The notes under the pieces are model-generated. The model saw nothing but the letters and a program-made list of their open reading frames with translations, had not been told where the DNA came from and ran no database searches. Of a DNA stretch of 64,000 bases, positions 39,231 to 51,192 are shown piece after piece. The translations under genes and the position numbers were made by a program. Within the stretch, counting starts at the first letter, position 1. The number at the start of each line of letters is the position of its first letter. Source of the stretch: Hemiscyllium ocellatum (lineage: Eukaryota); NCBI RefSeq assembly GCF_020745735.1, contig NC_083417.1, positions 72,106,001 through 72,170,000 on the forward strand, read 5' to 3'.

Positions 39231-39489
39231 CCACTGTCAATGCTCACAATAATTATGTTAATCTTCCCGTTAAAATGTTTGCGTGAACATGTCGTATTAC
39301 AGCCGAGCTGATCTTCTTTCCCACCCTGTGTAAAAATGCTAAAAGGATTGTTATAACTGATTTACTACTTTTGTAATGCGGGCATTGTTCAATCTTGTGT
39401 GAATTGATATTCTTGGATCAGACGATCTCTTTTACAATCAACAATTTACAATCAACAACTTAAATTACTTTGTTTGAAAATAACTTAAT

Positions 39490-41105
39490 TGGAGGAAAGG
39501 CAAATTATGCAGATGAGGCAATAGCAAGAGGTAGACCAGATAGTGGGAAGGATTTTCCTGGGAAGGAACCAAGGGATTAGTTAAAATGTGTTTGCTTTAA
39601 CACAAGGAGTATCAGGAATAAAACTGAGGAACTTCGAGCATGGATTCATACCTGGTGCTATGATGTTCTGGCCATAACAGACACATGGGTTTCTCAGGGG
39701 CAGGAATGGTTGCTGGATGTTCCAGGGTTTAGAGCATTTAAAAAGAATAGGGAGGTGGGGAAAAGATGAGGGGGGTAGCACTACTAATCAGAGAGGATAT
39801 TACAGCTACAGCAGCTGCCATTGTCGAGGAAGATCTGCCTACTGAGTCAGTATGCGTGGAAACTAGGAACAGCAAGGGAGCAGTCACCTCGTTAGGGGCT
39901 TACTACAGACCCCCCAATAGCAGCAGGGAGATTGAAGAAAGCATAGGTCAGCAGATTTTGGAAATATGTGGACGGAGTAGGGTTGTTGTAATGGGTGAAT
40001 TTAACTTTCCTAATATTGTTTGGAACCTCCTTCCAGCAGATTTGAATGGAGCTGTTTTTATAAGGTGTGTTCAGGAGGGTTACCTAACTTAGTATGTTGA
40101 CAGGCCGACGAGGGGAGAGGCCATTCTAGACTTGGTGCTCGGAAACGAGCCGGGGCAGGTATCAGATATTGTGGTGGGAGAGCATTTTGGTGATAGTGAC
40201 CACAACTGCCTCACATTCTACATAGCTATGGAGAAGGAGAGGATTAGGCAAAATGGGAGGATATTGAATTGGGGAAGAGCAAACTATGATGCGATTAGAT
40301 ATGAGTTAGGAAGCATGGACTGGGAGAATTGCTCCTTGGTAAAGGCACTGTAGACATGTGGAGACTGTTTAAGGAACAGTTGTTGCGAGTGATGAATAAA
40401 TATGTCCCTCTGAGATAGGCAAGAAAGGGTAAGATAAAGGAACCTTGGATGACGAGAGAGGTGGAGCTTCTCATCAAAAAGAAGAAAGTAGCTTACATAA
40501 GGTGGAGGAAGCTAGGGTCAAGCTCAGCTCGAGAGGATTACAGGCAGGCAAGGAAGGCGCTTGAAAATGGTCTGAGGATAGCCAGGAGGGGGCACGAGAA
40601 AGGCTTGGCAAAACGGATTAGGGAGAACACAAATACATTTTGCACTTATGTTAGGGATAAGAGAATGGTCAAAGAAAGAGTAGGGCCGATCAGAGATAGG
40701 ATAGGGAACTTGTGTGTGGAGTCTGAGGAGGTAGGGAAAGCCCTAAATGAGTTTTTTGCTTCTGTCTTTACGAAAGAAACGAACTTTGTAGTGAATGAAA
40801 TCTTTGAAGAGCAGGTGTGCATGTTGGAATGGATAGAGATAGAGGAAGCTGATGTGCTGAAAAGTTTGTCAAACATTAAGATTAACAAGTCGCCAGGCCT
40901 GGATCAGATTTGTCCTCGGCTGCTTTGGGAAACGAGAAATGCGATTGCTTCGCCACTTGTGAAGGTCTTTGCATCCTTGCTCTCCACTGGAGTCGTACCT
41001 GAGGACTGGAGAAAGGCAAATGTAATTCCTCTCTTCAAGAAAGGAAATAGGGAAATCCCCGGCAATTACGGACCAGTAAATCTCACGTCTATCGTCTGCA
41101 ACTGA
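39490..41105 (+). mobile_element. CR1 endonuclease/linker fragment
   Basis: YYRPPNS, GEFNFP and WRKANVIPLFKKG peptides. Confidence 0.9.
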
Positions 41106-41129
41106 AAAGGACTAGATTATTTACAGTAA

Positions 41130-41376
41130 TCAACAAGTCCACACCTACCTGGCAAAGCACAACCTACCCATTTCCCCCTTTACCTAACACTATGGGCAAT
41201 TTAGCATGGCCAATTCACCTGACCTGCACAGCTTTGGACAGTGGGAGGAAACCCACGCAGACACGGGGAGAACATGCAAGCTCCACACAGCCAATCTGCA
41301 TGAATCGGGAATTGAACCCGGGTCTCTGACGCTGTAAGGCAGCAGTGCTAACCACTGTGACACCGTGCCACCCACA
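41130..41376 (-). mobile_element. HE1-type SINE
   Basis: Reverse-complement match; ORF-track peptide SVAQWLALLPYS derives from the tRNA-like head. Confidence 0.8.
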
Positions 41377-42886
41377 ACTAGGCTGAATTTAAAAACGAGT
41401 TATTTCTTCACGTTCTGAAGAACAGAATATCACCAGAAATTAAAGATGATACACCGATTTTGTAATGAAATAAAAACGAGAGTGGAGTCAAAATGTTTCT
41501 TATTTATCACGGGGAAATGTTTGCAGAAGCAAGCATTGAGTAATTTGATCAGTACTCAAACTTGGAAAACTATGATGCGTTATTTTGGAATTAAATGCAT
41601 AAAAATAAGTCTGGTTATACAAAGTGTAAGAACAAAAAATGTCTACTGGTTTATAACCACCTTTGGCTTTCATTTTAAATCTGTTGTGGTAACTTAGTAA
41701 GGAGGAGTAAACATACATAAGGCGATGAAATAGCAATCACTGTTCAAAGTTGAAGTCTGAGATTAATGAATGTTAGATGATAAATCAGAAAATGATACAT
41801 TGCAACGTAATCTATTTTCGCCTACATCTCTCACTTTAGTGAAATGCAATAAATAATTCCAGCCCAATTCTTCAAAACAAAACTGTACCCTCTATTAATA
41901 CTCATTCCAGCTCGTATCTTTAAGTATTCAGTGGGAATAACAAATTCCCAGACCTCTTCTGGAGGTGTACTTAGTTATAGATTAGGTAACAACTATAATT
42001 AATAACCTGAACACCACTTAGGCCATTGACATCGTCCCGGGAGCTGAACAAAATCTCCATGAATCCCCTGATCTTCTCATAGCTCACCATAAAGCTCAGG
42101 AATAACTTGCAACATACGCAATATGTGACATGATATTGGGATACCAAGCATGTATTTCTGCAAATGTGTTCAGTATCAAGTAATGCAAATAACGCACGGA
42201 AATGCGTAATGAATTTCCAGTGAGAAAGCAAATAGAAACTGTCTCTACATGCTCAATTACGTGAAAAAACAAGTTGTGGCTATATGGATTGCCCTGTAAA
42301 ATGACACAAGTTCGAAAGTTAACTATCACAAGCTTCCACATCGTTGAGAAACCGATATTTTCGTGTTCATTATGGAGTTCAATGCATGGATACTCTGCTA
42401 ACGTGATTACATTAAAAATGAACGAGAATATTCCACAAGATTGAATAACGATACAATTTTTGTCACAACTAGTTTAAAGGCCTCTTTTCACCAGGATCAT
42501 AGTGCTGAGTCTGTGAAGAACTGAGCAGAGAATGCGCACTTTTTCATCAAAATTTGGTTATAATTCATGTCTGTGTGAAATAATAATGAATCAGAGATTT
42601 GCACATTGGAAGTGAGTTCTATGTCTGTGAATCAGAGAGGCCGACAAACAAATATGTATGATTATTGTGAGACGTCAGTGAGACATGTGCGCAGCTTTTT
42701 CTTTGCCATATGATTATTTACTTCCCTTGCTGCGAATACCCGGAAGTACAAGGTGAACAGTGAATGAGACTTTGTCAATGCCCGAAAAAAGACATGCAGA
42801 ACTGTAAGATTGCTACAAAAGAGTTGTACAAACTTGCTTTACTCATATCCTCTTTAATGTTCTAAGGCAAATTTTATATTTATTAC

Positions 42887-42996
42887 GTTTAAAGGAGGGC
42901 TGTTTTCAAAAGATCACGATGACGATCCCACCAAAATCACGAATGACCCCAGTAGCAAACGGAACAGATTGATTCTTTCAAATCTGTTAGTAGAGC
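42887..42996 (-). pseudogene. Gene 3 TM exon with an intramembrane Arg, frameshifted
   Basis: tttcacaccag acceptor; INLFRLLLGSFVILVG then a 1-nt deletion (restored frame IVIVIF*KQ); 110 nt to AAAC|gtaata. Confidence 0.62.
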
Positions 42997-43510
42997 CTGG
43001 TGTGAAACAACAAACTGTAAGATTGAAGGAGAAAATGGACAAACAACAAGGAAATGTAAACTGAGTGTAATAACGCGTGCGGCGATTCTTGATGTCGAGA
43101 AGGGTGCATTATCTGAGAGGTAGATTGACAGAGAGGGCAAAAACATATGAAGGGAAACAAGCAGGTTGAGAAAAAATACTCAGAAATGGAGCGGAAACAA
43201 TGGATAAATGTGTTGAAAAAGCAAAAGTATAGAAATAGAAATATCTGCAGAGATAAGGACGCTCAGGGAAGTTGACACCGGAAGACCGAGAAAAAATGGA
43301 AGTGAAAAAGATTGACTGGGGGTGGGGTGAGGAAGGTGGTAGTGGTGAGAGAAGACACACAGAAGAGCAAATACAGTAATGTATGGATGCAGATTTCTGT
43401 TGTTGGATAGGTTATATTGCTTGGTGTCCATTTATATTAAATTATTGCAGAGACAGACGGAAAACATGACTTGCATATAAGCTGTTGTAATGTTCTCAGC
43501 ACATTGACAC

Positions 43511-43790
43511 CTGAGTAGCTGTGGAGATTGTGTTGTCTGACTCCGGGCCCAGTAAATCCTTTCAGCTGCATCACATTATAGATAGTTTTCTTAGCTTAGC
43601 TACTGTCCGTTCCCTATTTTATGAGCCATCTTGTTCGACTTGGTATTGAACTGTGGAAGCAAATACCCCCCATGATTTCTCTCAGGGTCTGAAACCAAGT
43701 AGTTCGTGCTTCAGGAGCAAACAGACTGTAACAGGTGTAAGGTATTCATCCTCTTAAGCAAGAGGGCTAATGGTTAACCCATTAGGCAAA
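43511..43790 (-). pseudogene. Heavily decayed second C1 exon of gene 3
   Basis: Across frameshifts reads LT-CYSLFAPEARTTWFQ...EQDGS*...IYxC; 5' end abuts a short repeat. Confidence 0.5.
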
Positions 43791-45688
43791 GACAATGACT
43801 GCAGATACTGGAAACCAGATTCTGGATTAGATTGTGCTGGAAAAGCACAGCAGTTCAAGCCGCATCAGAGGAGCAGGACACTCGACGTTTGGGCAAAGGC
43901 CCTTATTGTCAAATATCTATGCATTTAGCTTATTGTATTTTTCAGGAAGTACTATCATATTTGTTGCTTCGTTTTTCTTATTAACATCCATCAGGTATTG
44001 TATCCCAAAGATAAACAGAAGCTAATGAGCTGACAACAACCAATCGTTCAATGACCAATACTTCAAGCAAGTAACCTTCCTTATCATTTCAGCTCTTTTA
44101 TTCTATACTTATGTGTTATTCTCCTGTGCATTGTTCACCCTGATTATTAAAAATGTTGGCGATAAGGAGGTTTCAAATGTGAGTTTTTCTCTTAGAACTT
44201 ACATCGATGTTTTCTTGCAACTGCTCAGCTGTGATGTGAAACTGATTTAAAATGTCATTGTATAGATGGCAAGTTCTACAGACTTCTCCATCGTGTACAG
44301 TACTATTGTAGGGAAGGCTTCTAACAAACACCAGAATCTCACTCATTATCTGGGGATCAATGTACATCATCTGTTGGATTTGCTACATTGCTTCAGCATG
44401 TTTCCATTCTTGCTCAAGGTTTATCTTTAGTTATTTTGTGTAGTCTCCATTAAACAAACCCCAAGTAGCCAACAAAAGTTAGACCTCTTACGCCATTATG
44501 AGCCACATTGTGCTGAATAATATGTGGTGATCATGTAATGCAGCCATGGTTGGCAAATATACTTTGGCTGATAAGTGATTCCTGCTGAAATAGGCAAAAA
44601 CATCAAAAACTAGTTCATTCATGTCGCACTTTTCTGTGTGATATTAAGTGCTTGTTTGCAATGAAATACTTTCAGAATGAAGCTATTGGTGAAATCTAGG
44701 AAACGTCAGGGTTTGCTTTCACAGGACAAAGTCAACGATCTGTGATATACAAAATGCTATAACATATGTTGGTTGATGCTAATTGACAGATGAATTTTGA
44801 CCAGGATAGCCGTGTAATGTCCCTATTTTCATTAAAAATGTTGCTGAAATATCCTGCATCTAACTAAGTGGCAGCCAACTGAATGGCATCACTAAGGCAC
44901 ATTCTAACATTACACCACCAAATGTACGCACACTCATTACTGCAATGAAGAGTCGACCTTTACAATGGTACCCAGTCCCGATTACATTTTAAACTCACAA
45001 CCTTCTGACATAGGGGGAATTGTGAGGCCAATTAATGCAGTGACGACAGGATTCAAGATGAAGACCATGGAATTCACGGGGACTCAGTGAGAATGGTACT
45101 CCTAATACGCGACCAGTAATAATCAGCAATGTTAGCCAGCATTCTTCGTATGTTACAATGAAAGTTGTTATCTGTTCCAACCGTCCACTTCAACAACAGT
45201 TTTTTTTGCAATGAAGGCTAACTGTGGGGTTTGTTCACTGGTCAGCGAGATTATAAATCACTTTAGCATCAAGTTTAAAAGCTACATTAATCAGATACTA
45301 AATTGAAATCTATGGGACCTGTACAATTTCCATATTGGACATCAGGAACATAAGATTCGAGAGAGAAATATCCCACGTGGTAGAATAAAGCAAGCTGAAA
45401 TGTGTTGACGAATTATCAATCCTCTTTAGTTCAAAGAGTATTCAGTCAAATCTGGTAGTCACCCAACTGATCTATTTTTGACTAACCTATCGCCTTGCAT
45501 TCAATCCTGCTGTACAATCTGAAGAACTCATTAAATCCAATTTGATCCAGCATCCAATACAATAACGCCATTCTCAGAATTTATCTAAGGAGGTTCGATT
45601 ACAGTCAATTGTAGAAATATTACCAATTTATAACCCCGATACATTTCAATGCCTATGTCAAACGTGTGTTAAAACGTTGTGCCCTTAC

Positions 45689-45961
45689 CCTCAGCAGCAA
45701 CCATGTTTTCTAGGACCGCTGGAGAAACAGGAGATGCTTGACAAGTATAAACAAACCAGGTTTCCACAGGGCGAAGGGAGATGGAAGCTTTATCTCGTCC
45801 CTCTACTACTCGTGTTCTGGTAGTGATAATTCCAGATGTGATCTCACCGGCATTTTTATACCAAGTGAGCTGAAAGTCTTCTGGGAAGAAACCAACTGTT
45901 GTCCAGAGGACTGTGAGGGATTGAGAGACCAGACGAGAAAACCTCACTGGAATTGACGGCA
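45689..45961 (-). pseudogene. Gene 3 first C1 exon; open frame but the B-strand Cys is replaced by Trp
   Basis: VLWTTVGFFPEDFQLTWYKNAGEITSG...YTCQAS; splice sites intact, GAGG|gtaagg. Confidence 0.85.
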
Positions 45962-48900
45962 CTGTGAATAATTTAAAGAATATCATTTGTTATTCATGCG
46001 TTACACAATAACACCAGCAAAATAGAAAACTGTCAGTGGGAAAAACGATCAGTTCCAATGTTCTTTAGGTGGAATCATTTTATCAATTTCCTTGACTCAG
46101 TAAATTTCCAGTAGGAGGTGCAGTGTCGCTGCATTGACATCGATTGTGTGGCATCTTAACTTATCCAGCAGTAGGATTATCAGAATTCAAAGAATACAGA
46201 TATAAAAACAGAGGAACGAAAACAAGTATCTATAAAAAACATCATCCCGACAGTTTGCCACGAGGAGAATGTGTGACCATGTGTGAAGAACAGTTTAAAA
46301 TCCTCAGACTTTTTTTTTTCTCAACAATAGCCTTGCTTCTTGCAATATGATTTTTTTCTGATGGCTTGATTTGTGATGATCCTTTAGGCTGAATGAGCAC
46401 AGTGTCATATTAAGAACCGAAGAATGCTATTAAATCTATCGAGTCTGATGTGCCAGTGAGATCGTTGCTGATTGCCTCATTGATAAAAAGTCTATCTAAC
46501 CCTTAAATATGTTTAATGATGTAACCTGTACAACACTCTGTGGCAAAGGTTTCCACAGATTCGCTACTTTCTTTGAACTGAATAAAAAATTTCTCGTCAC
46601 CTTTCTAATTTTAATGATCTGTGACCATACGTTTGCCTGGCCTAACTGCTTCAAGAAAAATCAATGAATAAAACACAATATTGTGAGTGTAAAGAATTTT
46701 TAATTTACTAAATGCAATTGATAACAGAGGAAATTACATTGACATTGGTAACCAAACATCGCTGATTTAAAATGCACGTTATTATCTGTAAAGATTTTAT
46801 CTAATTATGTTAATTTTGCAGCAAGCAAATGCTCAGAGCTTCTTAGTGACCGCCCTTTCTTCGAAATCCACGTTTAACATCACTTCTCCCTGACTACCAC
46901 CAATTTCAGTGTCTATTTTCTGCAGGTATTTTCTTACCTTTGTTTATCTTCCATCCCAAGTTTCTATTGTGAATATGGTGTTGAGTTGGCTTGACAAACT
47001 CTTTCAGTCCATTTGGTGTGGGCATATTTAAAATATTGTTATGGCGAGACTTGCAAGATTCTGACTCAGCTGTATTTAAGACAGAGTGTTGTCTTTTAAA
47101 TTTATCATGGTGAGCGGCTTGGAAGAAAGTTTGAGAATGGTTATGCTCCCTTTTATCCACAGCCATTGTCCTTCAAGATATAAGTGGTCTTGTGCTTCGA
47201 AGCTGCTTTTCAATAAGTCTTGGTGAATTTCTGCACTGCATGTCGTAGATGACATACATAGCTGATACTAGGCACCTGTGGTGGATGGAATATATATATG
47301 GTCTCCTTTATATCGGCAAGTTGTCAAGCTTTTTGATTATTTTTGGAGCTACATTTATCCAGGCACGTGGGAAATATTACATCACAGATCTGATTTGATC
47401 TGTTGATGGTGGACAGGATTTTGTTGTCAATGGGTGAGTTGCTCGCTGAAGATATGTGTGCTTGTAGACACATTTATATGATTTTTTTCCAGTTCAGTCC
47501 TGGTCAACTGTCACTCCTAGAAGGTTAGCAGTAGTGGATAAGCAGTGGCAATACCTTTGACTATCAAGAGTCAGTGGTTAGCACCTTTCTAGTTGCTGAT
47601 GTTTATTGTTTGGCACCTATATGATCACAAATGTCACTTCGCAATTGTGCAGACTGGTATATTATCCAAGCCTTGCAACATTTCAATATGGATCACTTCC
47701 GGATCTAATGATTTGCAAATGGCACAATAATCAGTCGATACCACACTTTTGACTTTATGATGGCTATTGGTGAGCAACTGAAGAAGATCAAGTAGAAGTC
47801 ATCGAGGAAGTCCTGCAAAGATGTCACGAAGCTGAGTTGACTGACTTCAGCAACCTCAAACATCCTCATTTCTGCTGGATAGAGCTGCAATCAGTGAAGC
47901 ATTTCCCACTGTTTATTCTTCACTATAGGTTTGCTTGGATTCCACAGCCGGTAAAATGGAATCCGAATGTCAATGACAATCGTTCCCACTATCTCTTAGG
48001 ATATAGTTCAACACTGTCCAAGACTTTCAATCAACTTACCCTTTTCAAATTCATTATGTTGTGCACATACCCTTCCAAATAGTGAGCTTTTAAGTCTCAG
48101 ACATTCATTGCCATTTTGCATCATTTCAGTGAGAACATTTAAGTCTAATGGCGCCTTCCTTTGCTAGACTTTCTTTTCCAAATGGTCTTAAATCGCACCA
48201 ATAATTAAACTTTTTTTTCAAAATTTCAGAAGGGCAATCAATTCTCCATCTCTAACATGTGCATCTAAGTATTAACCATCTGACTAGAAGGGAAATGAAA
48301 TTTTAGGCCCCAATCAAAATGCGTTTCACAGCAAACAAAATACAGATCAGGTTTGAAATACTTCCATTCATATATTTTCTCAGCGCATGTGGGTAACTTC
48401 TTTGTTGTGTACTAATGTAATGGTTATATTGTCACATGAGCAATCCAGAAGACTGGATAATTTTCGAAGACACAATTCGAATCTCACCCCAGTAATTTGC
48501 AAGTTGTTGTTAACAAAGTGACCATGAATGACCATAAAAGCCGAACTGATTTATTATTGTCCACTGGGGAATAAAAACAACTACCCTTGTCCATTATGGT
48601 CTATGTAACTCTAATAATGAACCAGTCATATCATGCCACTTGCAGATGGGCAGTGTCCATGTGCCAAAAACACTTAGCATATATAGCAACACTACACTAC
48701 CACATACAAAAAATCTTATATTTTTCATATTCAAAATATTAAGCCCATTGACACTTAAATAAGTCGAATTGGACTAGTTCAACCAAAATTAAAATGACAG
48801 AACTGTCTCTTTCCGAGTACTTACAGAAGTTAAACTCTCTGATTCTACGTTTGTAATCATTTAAATCTAATCAATCTTGAACACAACAAATTGAACCATT

Positions 48901-49179
48901 TGGTATTTTTAAAAACATGTATTGTATCATGTCCCTGAATGTTAAGTCCAGCTTCAACAGTAAGATCTGCATTTTTTGAATTAGAAAACCTCAAGAGTAT
49001 CAACTGAAGGACTTTTTATTAAATTGTTGATACAAATGACAAATCTGATGTTTCTTTTGGCCATGGAGGCCTGCCTTCAATGCAGGCCATCTTGCAGAAT
49101 GAGCAAGTGCAATTAAAAAAAAAGTAAAATGCAAGTATTTACAATTATTTTTTAAAAATTCTCTTTTTACATTAGATTC

Positions 49180-49475
49180 CCTACAGCATGGAAACAGGCC
49201 ATTTGGCCCAACAAGTCAACACCGGCCCGCCAAAGACTCACCGCCCAGAGCCCCTCCCTTATATTTACCCGAGACTAATCCACCTAACACTATGTGTAAT
49301 TTAACTGACCTGCACAGTTATGGATTGATGGGAGAAAACTGGAACACCCAGAAGAAACCCAATCATACATGGAGAGAGTGTGGAACTCCAAACTGACAGT
49401 CACCTGAGGCTGGAATCAAACCCAGGTCATTGGCACTGTGAGGTAGCAGTGCTAACCACTAAGCCATGCTGCCCC
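49180..49475 (-). mobile_element. HE1-type SINE
   Basis: Reverse-complement match to the family. Confidence 0.75.
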
Positions 49476-49719
49476 ATTTCACTCAGACAAAAATTGGGTT
49501 ATTCGCAGTTTCTTTCACATGTTGCTCTGGAAGCTGTTTCTTAGCCTCTGGCCTCGTGGTCATGCTAGGAAGTGAGACAGAGGCTGACGTTGTCGTAGGT
49601 ATAATGCTATCTGATGTAACACAAGAGATTCCTCACTTTCCGAAGAATACGTGCAAACCACACAACGGTCACTTGCCAGAATATATATCTATTAACCATT
49701 TTTAAGTGAATTCACCCTC

Positions 49720-50310
49720 AACCGCTGGGGCCCAGGTGATTTTCTGGGGCAGGCAGATTCCTCCGTTTTTAAATCTATCCCCTCTTAGCCTAAACTTTTG
49801 TCCTCTAATTTGAACTCACCCAACATAGTAAAACAATCCTTCGGTATTTTCTCTATCAATATCCTTCTTGAATTTGTAAGCCTCTATAAGGTCATACCTC
49901 AATCTCTGACAGTGCAGGGAATAAAACCATATTCAGCCTTTCGCCCTTTGCCTTAAACCCCCAGTCCAGCAACATCCTCGTAAATATTTTTCTGCACCCT
50001 CGCAAGTTTAACAACATTCTTCCTATAGAAGTACGCAGTCTTCTATAGGTGACATCAGCAAGTCCCGGTCAACCGTAATATGATGTATCAATTCCTTTAC
50101 TCAATGTTCTAAGCAATGAAAGCAAGCATGCCAAACACCTTCTGCACTGCCCGGTCGACCTGTGACTCCAATTTCAACACACTATGCGGCTGCACCCCAA
50201 GGGTCTTTGTTAAGCAACACTCCCTGGGGCCCTCAAAGTTCAGACATACGAATGCAATATTAATGTACTCAATATACCGATTGCAAAGACCTAACTGACA
50301 TAAAAGCATC
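49720..50310 (-). mobile_element. Degenerate CR1 3' fragment
   Basis: LKLESQVDRAVQKVFGMLAFI peptide. Confidence 0.7.
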
Positions 50311-50669
50311 ATCAGCTTCTAGTGGTACAATAGGGAGACACCATCAATATGAGCCTCATGAGCAATGCGAGTCAGTGAAACTAGTTAATTAAAGGAGATC
50401 ATGCGGAAATATAGAACAATGACTGACTCAGGTAAGAAAGCAAAATGCTATGTATGCCCAAAACCTGAATTAAAACATAAACAGAGGCCACGTTAATGAC
50501 TTGAGTCCACTTTGATTCTTCTTCAAACAAGATTTTCTGAGGTAAAGCAGTACAGTTTCAATGTTCCAGTCAGTATTCCCGCTCTCTGATTGAACAGAGA
50601 GAATACTGAACCAAAGGTAATGTACCTGATTAATTTCAGGGAGCTTAATCCCCCTTCAATATAACTCAC

Positions 50670-50978
50670 CGTGTACTGTGAGCTCAGTTCCACTGTCATT
50701 AGAAAACCTTCCTGTCTCTTGATTAACGCCGCAGTAAACAAATCTGGAATCTTGGAAACTCACTTTGAGCAGACATAACTGGAAAGATCCCTGTTTGAAA
50801 CGCTCCTTTGAATTCCTTTTGCCTGATATTAGATCCGGGGTTGCAAGTGTGAGGTCACACCACCCATAAGTATTCACCATTATATTGGGAAGGGAAAATT
50901 ATGCAGAGCAACTAATCGATGCATTTGAGCCTTTCAGCCGAGTTGCAGCGACGGGGATCTGTCTCATTGAGACAGCAG
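50670..50978 (-). pseudogene. Gene 3 VJ-type V exon with in-frame TAA
   Basis: MRQIP...ISCSA*...GWC...DSRFVYC...NDSGTELTVH|gtgagt; TAA at 50899-50901. Confidence 0.85.
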
Positions 50979-51137
50979 CTTTTGGAAATATGAAAAAAAC
51001 GGGTAGAGATAGTGCCTTACTGGTACCAAATAATACTTATTTAACACGATATGAAATAATTGAAAACGATGTTAACTATTGAAGAAAAACCACTATCTAC
51101 TTATAATTTTCTATCCAGCAGACGGATCTACATACAC

Positions 51138-51192
51138 CTGTATAAATAACGCTGACAGTTGGGAGATACCATAGAACGGCGAGTACAGACAT
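51138..51192 (-). pseudogene. Gene 3 leader exon MSVLAVLWYLPTVSVIYT
   Basis: 55 nt, ends ATTTATACAG|gt exactly like the gene 1 leader; about 160 nt upstream of the V exon. Confidence 0.75.
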
